Source of the DNA: Candidatus Krumholzibacteriota bacterium
Lineage (GTDB): Bacteria > Krumholzibacteriota > Krumholzibacteriia > JAJRXK01
Direction of reading: 5' to 3'
Length of the DNA stretch: 64,000 nt
Assembly (NCBI GenBank): GCA_963727455.1
Contig: CAVSGG010000003.1
Coordinates: 164,160 to 228,159, forward strand
Each line of letters starts with the position of its first letter. Position 1 is the stretch's first letter. The notes under the pieces are model-generated. The model was not told where the DNA came from, did not search any database, and saw only the letters and a program-made list of their open reading frames with translations. The translations under genes and the position numbers were made by a program. Positions 47,389 to 55,557 of this stretch are shown one piece after another.

Positions 47389-49209
47389 ATGACCGCAGAA
47401 AGCTCGAACCTGAAGGACGCGTTGCGCGACCGATGGCGGCAAGTACGTCAGCTCGGCAAATCGAGGCGTCTGGCCGTCGTGCATCATCTCCGCTACGACG
47501 ATTTTCCTCCCCTGATTCCGGTGATCGACGTCCATCGCGCGCGCAATATCCTCTCCTACCTTGCCGCGGAACGATTGATCTCCGCGCGCGACGTGCTCCA
47601 TCCCCGCGCGGTCACCATGCGCAGGCTGCGAAAAGTCCACAGTGACGAGTACTTGCGCTCACTGGAGACACCCGAGAGCATGGCCGCCATCTTCGGCTGC
47701 GAGGTACCTCTGGAGCATCACGACACGATCCTCTCCGTACACCGCCGCATGGTGGGCGGCACCCTCTACGCGCTGAAATATGCCATGGACACCGGCACGA
47801 CGGTCTTGAACCTGGGCGGAGGCTTTCATCACGCCCGAAGAGAGCGCGGCGCCGGTTTTTGCATCTTCAACGATCTCGCGCTGGCCGTCGACTTGGCAAG
47901 AGAGAAGGGTATCAGAGCGAAGATCCTCATCGTCGATCTGGATCTCCACGATGGCGACGGCACTCGCAGCTGCTTCGCGCAAGATGCAAACGTACACACT
48001 TACTCGGTCCACAACCGCGATCTGGACGATCAGCCGGCGCTGGCATCTACCAGCCTAAGTCTGGGCGAGCCGGTGGAGGACGGCGAGTACTTACGCGCGA
48101 TCGAGGAGAGCCTGCCCGCACTCCTGCGCTCTCTTCGTCCGGAGCTGGTGATCTACCTGGCCGGATGCGACCCGGCCAACGGCGACAAGTTGGGTACTTG
48201 GAACATCAGCAGCGATGGAATGCTCGCTCGCGACAAGCGTGTCATCGGATGGATTCGCGATCTGTCGCCCCCGGCTCCCGTCGTGGTGCTCCTGGGCGGA
48301 GGGTATGGCTTGGAGGCCTGGCGCCACACCGCCCGCTTCGCCTCCTGGCTCGCCGGCGGCGACGGCATCATTCATCCCACACCCACTTCCCAGCGCGCCC
48401 TGGCTCAGTATCAGAGGATGGCAGGCGCGCTGATCGAGGGGAATCCTTCCAGAGGACGGAAGGCGGGATGGGATTTTTCCCTGGATCCCTCGGATCTTCC
48501 CGGAGGGATGTTGAGCGGCTCGCCGCTTTTCCTGGGTCGCTACGGTCGTCACGGAGTGGAATTCGCGGCCGAGCGCCTCGGTCTACTCGAAGCTCTGCGT
48601 CGCCGGGGTTTCACCCAACTCCGCTTCGATTTTGATCTGCAGAATCCGGCCGGCGAGACGATTCGCCTCTTGGCCGGAGAGACGGGCGAGGTCCTGCTCG
48701 AACTCCGGCTGCGCATCGACCGAAACGTCCTCGCTGGCGAGAGCCTTCTTCGCATCGAGTGGCTTTTGATCCAGGATCCACGACGCAATTTCAGCAAGGA
48801 GCGGCCGGCGCTGCCCGGCCAACGACATCCGGGCCTGGGGCTTCTGCGCGAAGTCGTTTCCCTTTTGGCCCTGGTCTGCGGAGACCTCGAATTGGATGGG
48901 CTGGTCTTCACGCCTTCCCACTACCACATCGCGGCGCAGACGGAGCGGCTCTTTCACTTTGTCGATCCCAAGGAAGAGGCGCGCTTTCTGGATCTCAAAG
49001 ACGCGCTGAAGGAGAAGTCACTGCGGGAAGCGGCGCGGATGATCGATCGCGGGGAGCTCGTCGATACGACCACCCAAGAGGTGTTCCGTTGGGAACCACG
49101 GCCCATGCTTCTGGCCACGAGCCACAAATTGCGGCATCGCCTACAGCGCGAACACTTCAAACGCAGTGTCACGCGCGCGCGCCGACCGAATCGCTTTGCG
49201 CCAGTTTGA
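47389..49209 (+). CDS. Histone deacetylase/AcuC-family protein with an additional C-terminal domain
   Basis: GGGFHHA, GFCIFND, VDLDLHDGDG, YLAGCD, LGGGY; about 230 extra C-terminal residues; AGGAG SD. Confidence 0.88.
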   Translation: MTAESSNLKDALRDRWRQVRQLGKSRRLAVVHHLRYDDFPPLIPVIDVHRARNILSYLAAERLISARDVLHPRAVTMRRLRKVHSDEYLRSLETPESMAAIFGCEVPLEHHDTILSVHRRMVGGTLYALKYAMDTGTTVLNLGGGFHHARRERGAGFCIFNDLALAVDLAREKGIRAKILIVDLDLHDGDGTRSCFAQDANVHTYSVHNRDLDDQPALASTSLSLGEPVEDGEYLRAIEESLPALLRSLRPELVIYLAGCDPANGDKLGTWNISSDGMLARDKRVIGWIRDLSPPAPVVVLLGGGYGLEAWRHTARFASWLAGGDGIIHPTPTSQRALAQYQRMAGALIEGNPSRGRKAGWDFSLDPSDLPGGMLSGSPLFLGRYGRHGVEFAAERLGLLEALRRRGFTQLRFDFDLQNPAGETIRLLAGETGEVLLELRLRIDRNVLAGESLLRIEWLLIQDPRRNFSKERPALPGQRHPGLGLLREVVSLLALVCGDLELDGLVFTPSHYHIAAQTERLFHFVDPKEEARFLDLKDALKEKSLREAARMIDRGELVDTTTQEVFRWEPRPMLLATSHKLRHRLQREHFKRSVTRARRPNRFAPV

Positions 49210-49215
49210 TCGAGC

Positions 49216-49659
49216 TCAGCGATCCAGCTTGCGCAGCTCGAGTTCGTGCAGTCGATTGTGCGCGAGATCATGCTGTTCCAGACGGATGTAACCGTCGTCT
49301 CCGGCGTCGATCTGAAAGCGCCCCGAGAGAATCAAACTCCAATCGAAATCCGCCGTGTGTTGCGCCGTATCCGTCAACTGGAGTTGGTCTCCCTCGATGC
49401 GATACTCTCCTCCACCATCCGGTGGAAGGCCGATGCGGTCTCCTTCGATCTGATAGCGGCCATCAGCGAAGCGCATGGTGCACATCCCCGATTCACGGTA
49501 CTGCTCGCTCGTACCCTCGTGATCGGTGATCCAGTAGGTGCCTCGGTACACCCCGGAAAGCTCGATTGGATTCTCGCTCTCGGCTCGCGGCGGGGTCGCT
49601 GCGCAGCCGGCGATCCAAAGCCCCAGGCTCAAAAATAACAGTGATGACAAGCTGCGCAT
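49216..49659 (-). CDS. Small lipoprotein (beta-rich, unknown function)
   Basis: Lipobox IAGC; LSGVYRGTY, F.DGRY, G.Y.IEGDQLQL lipocalin-like pattern. Confidence 0.65.
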   Translation of the reverse strand: MRSLSSLLFLSLGLWIAGCAATPPRAESENPIELSGVYRGTYWITDHEGTSEQYRESGMCTMRFADGRYQIEGDRIGLPPDGGGEYRIEGDQLQLTDTAQHTADFDWSLILSGRFQIDAGDDGYIRLEQHDLAHNRLHELELRKLDR

Positions 49660-49761
49660 GCGAATCCATCCCTTCGAAAGTCCTGGTCAGCTCGATTGAC
49701 GACGCCGCAAAGCAACCGGAATCAGGGACTAGGGTAAACACCGCGCGGCAGGATGAAAGCA

Positions 49762-49795
49762 CAAAAGCCGGCAGCGGTCCCGAGGGACCGCTGCC
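49762..49795 (-). terminator. Rho-independent terminator
   Basis: Minus strand GGCAGCGGTCC-CTCG-GGACCGCTGCC followed by GGCTTTTG, about 50 nt past the stop at 49847. Confidence 0.75.
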
Positions 49796-49846
49796 AGGGC
49801 CGTGTTTCCACGCTGTCCACTCCCGAAGGGAGTCGTGGCCTTTGGC

Positions 49847-50332
49847 TCAGCCGATGCGGAGATTGAGATTCTGGGCGATCATGAGATCGTGCCGGGTAAT
49901 CCTGAGCTCGAACGCGATCTGGGTCCAGGTGCGACCCGCGCGACGCAGGCGCAGGATCTGGTGGCGATCGCGGCCCGACAGAAGGCTCAAACGCCGCGCG
50001 ATCTTACGATCCTGAAGCGAGACGCCCCAGCGATTCCCGTGGTGACGCGGGCTGGAAATCCCACGCGTGCAGCGGACCTTGACGACGCCATGGGCGCTGC
50101 GACGCGCCCGCACCACCCGCTGACCGGGACGCCGCGCGACGACCACCCGAGCCACCACCTTGGGTCCGGTCTTCAACTGAATGGAAAGCTGCGGGGTCGC
50201 CACTCCCATGCTGAGAGCCAGCCGCGCCTGCGCGGAGTGCAGCATTCCGGACAACCCCACGAGGGCACCCGCGAGGGTCAGGCTGAGCAGCATCCGTCGT
50301 AGTTGGAGAGTTTTGAGCATGGCCTTCATCAT
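49847..50332 (-). CDS. Hypothetical secreted, highly Arg-rich protein
   Basis: Strong SD AAGGAGG, signal peptide ending AQA, own terminator; mature part about 125 aa with 24 Arg, 4 Lys and 4 acidic residues (hand count). Confidence 0.7.
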   Translation of the reverse strand: MMKAMLKTLQLRRMLLSLTLAGALVGLSGMLHSAQARLALSMGVATPQLSIQLKTGPKVVARVVVARRPGQRVVRARRSAHGVVKVRCTRGISSPRHHGNRWGVSLQDRKIARRLSLLSGRDRHQILRLRRAGRTWTQIAFELRITRHDLMIAQNLNLRIG

Positions 50333-50414
50333 CGTCCTCCTTGCCAAGAGCCGCGCGGCCGTCCCCAGCTCTCTCGGGCCCATCCCACGGGCCGCGCTCT
50401 TGCCCTTTTCGTTC

Positions 50415-50550
50415 GCGAGGAACGTACCAGCCGCCCGAAATTCGTAAGTTGTTTATTTGCAACACATACAGAAGCGTCTCGTGTACCCTGGAGTACACTG
50501 TTCGGAAATGCTGCTCTCTTGGGGAGAGAAAATCGTCCCCTGGAGGGGAC
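50415..50550 (-). promoter_or_regulatory. Putative sigma54 promoter with IHF site and upstream activator palindromes
   Basis: -24/-12 TGGTACG-TTCC-TCGC (50415-50429); IHF-like AATAAACAACTTA (50445-50457); GTGTAC-N6-GTACAC containing TGT-N10-ACA (50481-50498); GTCCCC-N4-GGGGAC (50535-50550). Confidence 0.55.
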
Positions 50551-50592
50551 AGAGATGGGGGCTCTGGGCGGAGCAGGGCCAAGCCGTGAGTT

Positions 50593-51576
50593 CTAGATCG
50601 CCAGCTCGAGGATCTCCATTCCGCGCGCGACCAGCCAGTCCGCGACCGCGCGCACCGATTCCTTAACGCCTTTGGTCACGACGGGGGCACCGAACCCGGT
50701 CAGCTCCACCGTGACCCCAGATTCGCTTGGCCGGGCCTCCACAATCACCTGCTGGCGCAGATCCTCCTCGTCGACGAGGCAAAAGAACTCCAGCTCGGCT
50801 CCCTGCAGTCCCCGGTAACAGTTCCGCAGAATCACACGCCCTCCTGAGAAGGAGTGCACGGCCTTCTCGAAGGATCCGATGCTCTGCAAGTCCCCTCGCA
50901 GACGTATGTGCTGCATGGTCACGACCTCGACGATTGCGGGGTGGGCTTTGCCGTCTTCGCGAGACTTGGCAAAGGCGGCGTGGAAAATGGGTTTGCGCAT
51001 GCCGAGCCAACGTTGCGCATACTTGGTCCGCAGCATCTCCGGACTCGGATCGCCCTCGCGAATTTCATAGAGCCCGGTGGCCTCTCCCTCCGCCAACGCG
51101 AAGTGGAAATACTCCTGGTGATCGGTGGTGAAGAGCAGGGCGCCGCCATCCTCGAGTCGTGTCGAAAGCAAACGCAGAAACGATTGCTGCATGAGACGGC
51201 GATCCTGGTGCTTTTCCCGCGGCCAGGGATCGGGAAAATTTACGAACACACGATGCAAGGAACGCAAAGGACACAGCTCGCGCACCGCGAAGCGCGCCTC
51301 TCCGTGAATCACCCGAATGTTCGCGAGCCCTTCACGCTGCGCCCGCAAGTAGGCTCGGGAGATCGAGGCCGGCGCGATCTCTACTCCCAGAAGATTCCAC
51401 TCGGGATGGAAGGACGAGAGCTCGGCGAGAAACTTTCCGTTGCCGAAGCCGATTTCCATCACGAGGGGGCCGCCGCGACCGAAAATGGCACGCGGGTCGG
51501 CAGGCCATCCCAGTTCACCCAGGCGCAGTAGGTTCTGATTCATCGGCTCGAGAGTACTCCCGCTTCGAAGTTCCAT
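50593..51576 (-). CDS. trmB: tRNA (guanine-N7)-methyltransferase with long C-terminal extension
   Basis: EIGFGNG, GVEI, NFPDPWP..KH..RRL, TTD, TKY; about 110 extra residues. Confidence 0.9.
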   Translation of the reverse strand: MELRSGSTLEPMNQNLLRLGELGWPADPRAIFGRGGPLVMEIGFGNGKFLAELSSFHPEWNLLGVEIAPASISRAYLRAQREGLANIRVIHGEARFAVRELCPLRSLHRVFVNFPDPWPREKHQDRRLMQQSFLRLLSTRLEDGGALLFTTDHQEYFHFALAEGEATGLYEIREGDPSPEMLRTKYAQRWLGMRKPIFHAAFAKSREDGKAHPAIVEVVTMQHIRLRGDLQSIGSFEKAVHSFSGGRVILRNCYRGLQGAELEFFCLVDEEDLRQQVIVEARPSESGVTVELTGFGAPVVTKGVKESVRAVADWLVARGMEILELAI

Positions 51577-51803
51577 TACGCTCGCTCACATCGATGAGAG
51601 CCTGCACGTAGACAAGCAGTGCGAGAATCAGTTGAAACTCACTTTCATTGTACTCTATCGCCGGAGTCGAATCCCGTGAAACTCCCGCCCGTCCCCCTTC
51701 CGTAGGGAGCAAACCACCCGTACCCGAATTCCCTTGAAGAGTGCGCCGCGGCAGCGTCACACTTTGCTTCGCCGAGCTTCACTTTGAGCATGGAGGTTTC
51801 GCC

Positions 51804-53537
51804 GTGAAATCATTTGCGCGCTCCTTTTTCGCGTCCTTGCTGGCCCTAGTGGTTCTTCTCGCGCTCATCGTAGGCATTGCCGCCCTCAAACTCGACCAAA
51901 AGACCAAAATCGAGAAGCACTCTTTTCTCGTCGTCGATCTCTACGGGGCCCTTCCCGAATACGACGCGCCGGGAGACGCGGTCAGCCAGGCACTGGGTGG
52001 ACAGGGCGAGACCCTGCAACGCGTGCTCTCAAATTTGGAAAAAGCGCGCGCCGACAAGCGTATCGATGGGGTGATCCTCAAGCTCTCCACCAACTTCGAG
52101 GCGGGAGCGGCCTCGCTGGAGGAGATTCGCAACGCCCTGAAAAAAGTCGAGAAAGCGGGGAAGCCGGTCTACGGTTTTGCCGATTCCATCAATCCGCGCT
52201 GCTACTTCCTTGCAGCGGCGTGCGATTCGATTTATACCCCGCCTTCCGCCTACATCACCTTCCACGGATTCTCCGAGACCCTGCCCTTCGTGGAGGGAAG
52301 CCTGGAGAAGCTCGGAGTCAAACCAAACCTGCATCGCATCAAGGACTACAAGACCGCGGCCGAGCTGGTGATGCGCAAGAACTTGTCGGACGCCTCGCGC
52401 GAGAATCTCCAATGGATGCTCGATGAGACCTGGGACCTCTTTACCCAGTCGCTGCAGCAGGATCGCGGACTGAATGAGGATCAGGTGAAGGAGATCATGG
52501 AGCTCGCGGAGCTGACTCCCGAGGAAGCCGTCGAACACCGCCTCGTGGACCGCGTGCTCTACTGGGATGAGATGGCCGATCAGTTCAAACTCGAGAAGGA
52601 CGATCAGTTGCGCACGGTTTCTGAGAGCCGTTACGCCGAGGTCAAGCCGCAGAAGCTGGGATTGAACAAGGGGAAAAAATACGTCGCCGTCATCCATGCG
52701 CACGGGATGATCGGAGGGCGCGAGAGTCGCGTGGATCCGCTTCTCGGCACCATGATGGGACACGAAACGGTGGTGGCGCAGCTCGATCGCGCGCGCCGCG
52801 ACAAGAACGCGGTCGCCATTATCTTCCGGGTGGATAGCGGCGGCGGAGATAGCCTGACCAGCGATCTCATCGGGCACGCGGTGGACCGTGCCGCCCAAGA
52901 AAAGCCCGTCGTAGTTTCGATGGTCGACGTCGCCGCCTCCGGCGGCTACTCCATCTCCTACCGCGCAACCAAAATCGTGGCCGACCCGGGCACCATCACC
53001 GGCTCCATCGGATCGATCAGCGGCAAGTTCAACCTGGCCGGGCTGTTCGAGAAACTCGGAATCAGCTTCGACGGTCTGAGCAAGGGACCGATGGCCCTCT
53101 ACGACTCCAGCCTGCGCGACTACACGCCTCAGGAGCGGGAGCGCTTCGAGAAGGAGCACTGGGCCGGGTACAACAGCTGGATCGCGGACATCGCCAAGCA
53201 CCGCGGGATGAGCATCGAAGAAATCTCGCGCCTGGCGGAAGGCCGCGAATGGTCGGGGCGGCAGGGCGCGGCCAACGGCCTGGTGGACGAACTCGGGGAT
53301 CTCGACCATGCGGTGACCCTCGCTGAGAAACTGGCCGAGGTGGGACAAGACGAGAAAATCGCGGTGCGGCACTTCCCCGAGAAGAAGGACTTCCTCCAAA
53401 TGGTGTTCTCTTCACAGGAGGAGCTGAGTCTCAGCGCGCGCTATGCGATCTTTCGCGAGTTCCGCGCGCAGTGGAAGGAGAGCCTCAACTTGCTCGCGAA
53501 TGCGCGTTTGCGTCTGGCCCCGCTCGCTACGCCATGA
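51804..53537 (+). CDS. sppA: Signal peptide peptidase SppA (protease IV, long form)
   Basis: YKTAAE, RVDSGGG, SMVDVAASGGY, TITGSIG, EGREWSG...GLVDELG; GGAGG SD before GTG 51804. Confidence 0.92.
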   Translation: MKSFARSFFASLLALVVLLALIVGIAALKLDQKTKIEKHSFLVVDLYGALPEYDAPGDAVSQALGGQGETLQRVLSNLEKARADKRIDGVILKLSTNFEAGAASLEEIRNALKKVEKAGKPVYGFADSINPRCYFLAAACDSIYTPPSAYITFHGFSETLPFVEGSLEKLGVKPNLHRIKDYKTAAELVMRKNLSDASRENLQWMLDETWDLFTQSLQQDRGLNEDQVKEIMELAELTPEEAVEHRLVDRVLYWDEMADQFKLEKDDQLRTVSESRYAEVKPQKLGLNKGKKYVAVIHAHGMIGGRESRVDPLLGTMMGHETVVAQLDRARRDKNAVAIIFRVDSGGGDSLTSDLIGHAVDRAAQEKPVVVSMVDVAASGGYSISYRATKIVADPGTITGSIGSISGKFNLAGLFEKLGISFDGLSKGPMALYDSSLRDYTPQERERFEKEHWAGYNSWIADIAKHRGMSIEEISRLAEGREWSGRQGAANGLVDELGDLDHAVTLAEKLAEVGQDEKIAVRHFPEKKDFLQMVFSSQEELSLSARYAIFREFRAQWKESLNLLANARLRLAPLATP

Positions 53538-55432
53538 GCGGCCGCGCGCAGAAGAACGCCGCGCCGGGAGTGGGCCAGCCACCCGTGTTTTGCGACCTCG
53601 TCATGAAGGGTGGGGTGACCAGCGGAGTCACCTACCCCTTGGCCATCGTCGAATTGGCCAAACGCTTCCATCTGAAGAACCTGGGCGGCACTTCCGCTGG
53701 GGCGATTTCCGCCGCCTTCGCGGCCGCGGCCGAGTTGCGACGCCGCAAGGGAAGCGAAGCCGGCTTTCGAGCCCTGGAGGAACTGCCCCGCTGGCTGAGT
53801 CAATCGGGGCGCCTGGTTCAGCTCTTCGCGCCTGAGTCCGCGACGAAGTCTCTCTTCGCGCTCGCTCTCAAGGGAGCCATATATAAAAGGTTTCGCTTCC
53901 TGCGTCTGGCGCTCGCGAGCTTCGAGCACTGGCCTTTGGCCCTGAGTCTCTCCCTGTTTCCCGGCATTCTGTGTCTGCTCGCGAGCGGTGGGGCGCTCTT
54001 GTCGCGGCAAGTCAGCTGGTGGCTCGGCCTTCTGGCAATCCTGGGCGGATTCTCTCTCATGGTGCTGAGCTTCCTATTGGTTCTTTCGCGGCGATTGCGT
54101 CGTGCTGTGCGCGCGGTGATCCAGAACGGTTTCGGTCTGAGCTCTGGTATGAGCGGCGCCGGTCACACAGGAACACCCTCCCTCACCCCGTGGCTCTACC
54201 AGCGCTTGAACGAGCTGGCAGGATTGAACGGGGAGGCTCCCCTCACCTTCTCTGAGTTGTGGAACGCTCCGGTGCCGGAGCGAGGCCGGGCTCTGCTCTC
54301 GGAAAGCGACCGCTCCATCGACCTTCAGATGGTCACCACCTGCCTCAGTCATGGACGTCCCTACCAGCTGCCCGAGCACGAAGGGAATCTCTACTTCGAT
54401 CCACAGGAGTTCGGGCGGCTCTTTCCCCTGCCCGTGGTCGACTGGATGGTGGCACATGCTGCCACCGGTGTTGATGGAATGAAGGAAGCGCGCGGGGTAA
54501 AGGGAAACCGCCTACTTGCCTTTCCCGCGCCGGGGGATCTGCCGGTGGTGGTGGCGGTGAGAATGAGTTTGAGTTTTCCCTTGCTCATCTCGGCCGTTCC
54601 CCTGTGGGCAATCGATGCCGACCTGCCACAGAACGAAGGTCGGGAAGCTCTCGCCGAGAGAATTTGGTTTTCGGACGGAGGCATCAGCAGCAACTTCCCC
54701 ATTCATTTCTTCGACGTCCTGGTGCCGCGCTGGCCCACGGTGGCCATCAGCCTGCGCCAAATTCCCGCGCAGGAAGGCGGCGAATCCTCCTCCTCTTCGC
54801 GCGTGCGCGCGCTGCGAAGCCGCGACGAGGGTTTGGGCGAACGCTGGATTCGATTCGAAGGTAGCGGCGGCATTGGTGATCTGTTTGGCTTCTTCAAGAC
54901 CATCTTCGACTGCATGCAGAACTGGTACGACAACTCCTACCTGCCTCTTCCTGGATATCGCGACCGCGTGGTGGAGCTCGGTTTGAGCAAGCATGAAGGC
55001 GGACTGAATCTGGACATGGCCCCAAGCACCATCGAGAAGCTCACACGCGAAGGGCGTGAGGCGGGCCGGCTCATGGCCGAGCGCTTCGCGCGGGCCGCCA
55101 GCAAGGAACAGAGCTTGAACTGGGACGACCACCGCTGGACGCGCTATCGCTCGGGAATGGCGGCGCTTGCCCAGGTCCTTGCCGGTTTGAGCAGAGTGAT
55201 CGAAGGAGACGAGAGCTGGCCGGCGTTGATCCGGCGGGAGCTCACTGCGCCGCCCAAGAGTTATCCATTTGAAAACGAGGAGCAGCGTGATGGCGCCTGG
55301 TCGGCCACCGAGACGCTTGTACAGGACTTCGGCGCCTGGCGCGTGACTGCCACGACGCCGCAGGGCGGACTCGGTCCCTTCCATGATCCCCCCCAACCGC
55401 GCTATACTCTCAGCGTCCGCCCCCCCATGTAA
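53534..55432 (+). CDS. Patatin-like phospholipase with internal hydrophobic segment
   Basis: CDLVMKGGVTSG, GTSAG nucleophile, FSDGG; ATGA overlap with sppA. Confidence 0.88.
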   Translation: MSGRAQKNAAPGVGQPPVFCDLVMKGGVTSGVTYPLAIVELAKRFHLKNLGGTSAGAISAAFAAAAELRRRKGSEAGFRALEELPRWLSQSGRLVQLFAPESATKSLFALALKGAIYKRFRFLRLALASFEHWPLALSLSLFPGILCLLASGGALLSRQVSWWLGLLAILGGFSLMVLSFLLVLSRRLRRAVRAVIQNGFGLSSGMSGAGHTGTPSLTPWLYQRLNELAGLNGEAPLTFSELWNAPVPERGRALLSESDRSIDLQMVTTCLSHGRPYQLPEHEGNLYFDPQEFGRLFPLPVVDWMVAHAATGVDGMKEARGVKGNRLLAFPAPGDLPVVVAVRMSLSFPLLISAVPLWAIDADLPQNEGREALAERIWFSDGGISSNFPIHFFDVLVPRWPTVAISLRQIPAQEGGESSSSSRVRALRSRDEGLGERWIRFEGSGGIGDLFGFFKTIFDCMQNWYDNSYLPLPGYRDRVVELGLSKHEGGLNLDMAPSTIEKLTREGREAGRLMAERFARAASKEQSLNWDDHRWTRYRSGMAALAQVLAGLSRVIEGDESWPALIRRELTAPPKSYPFENEEQRDGAWSATETLVQDFGAWRVTATTPQGGLGPFHDPPQPRYTLSVRPPM

Positions 55433-55557
55433 GGTGCTGGGTAAGAGGTGGGCCGACGCCTGGCCGCGAACCATCCGCGGCAGTACTCTGTTGCCTCCGG
55501 TAATTCCGTCCCCCCATCCAGATTGCTTACCGGAAGATTCGACGGGAGAAACGTGTC

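Noticed and set aside
53534-55432. Patatin as a CBASS-type effector
   Set aside because: No CD-NTase or ancillary genes nearby; housekeeping context.
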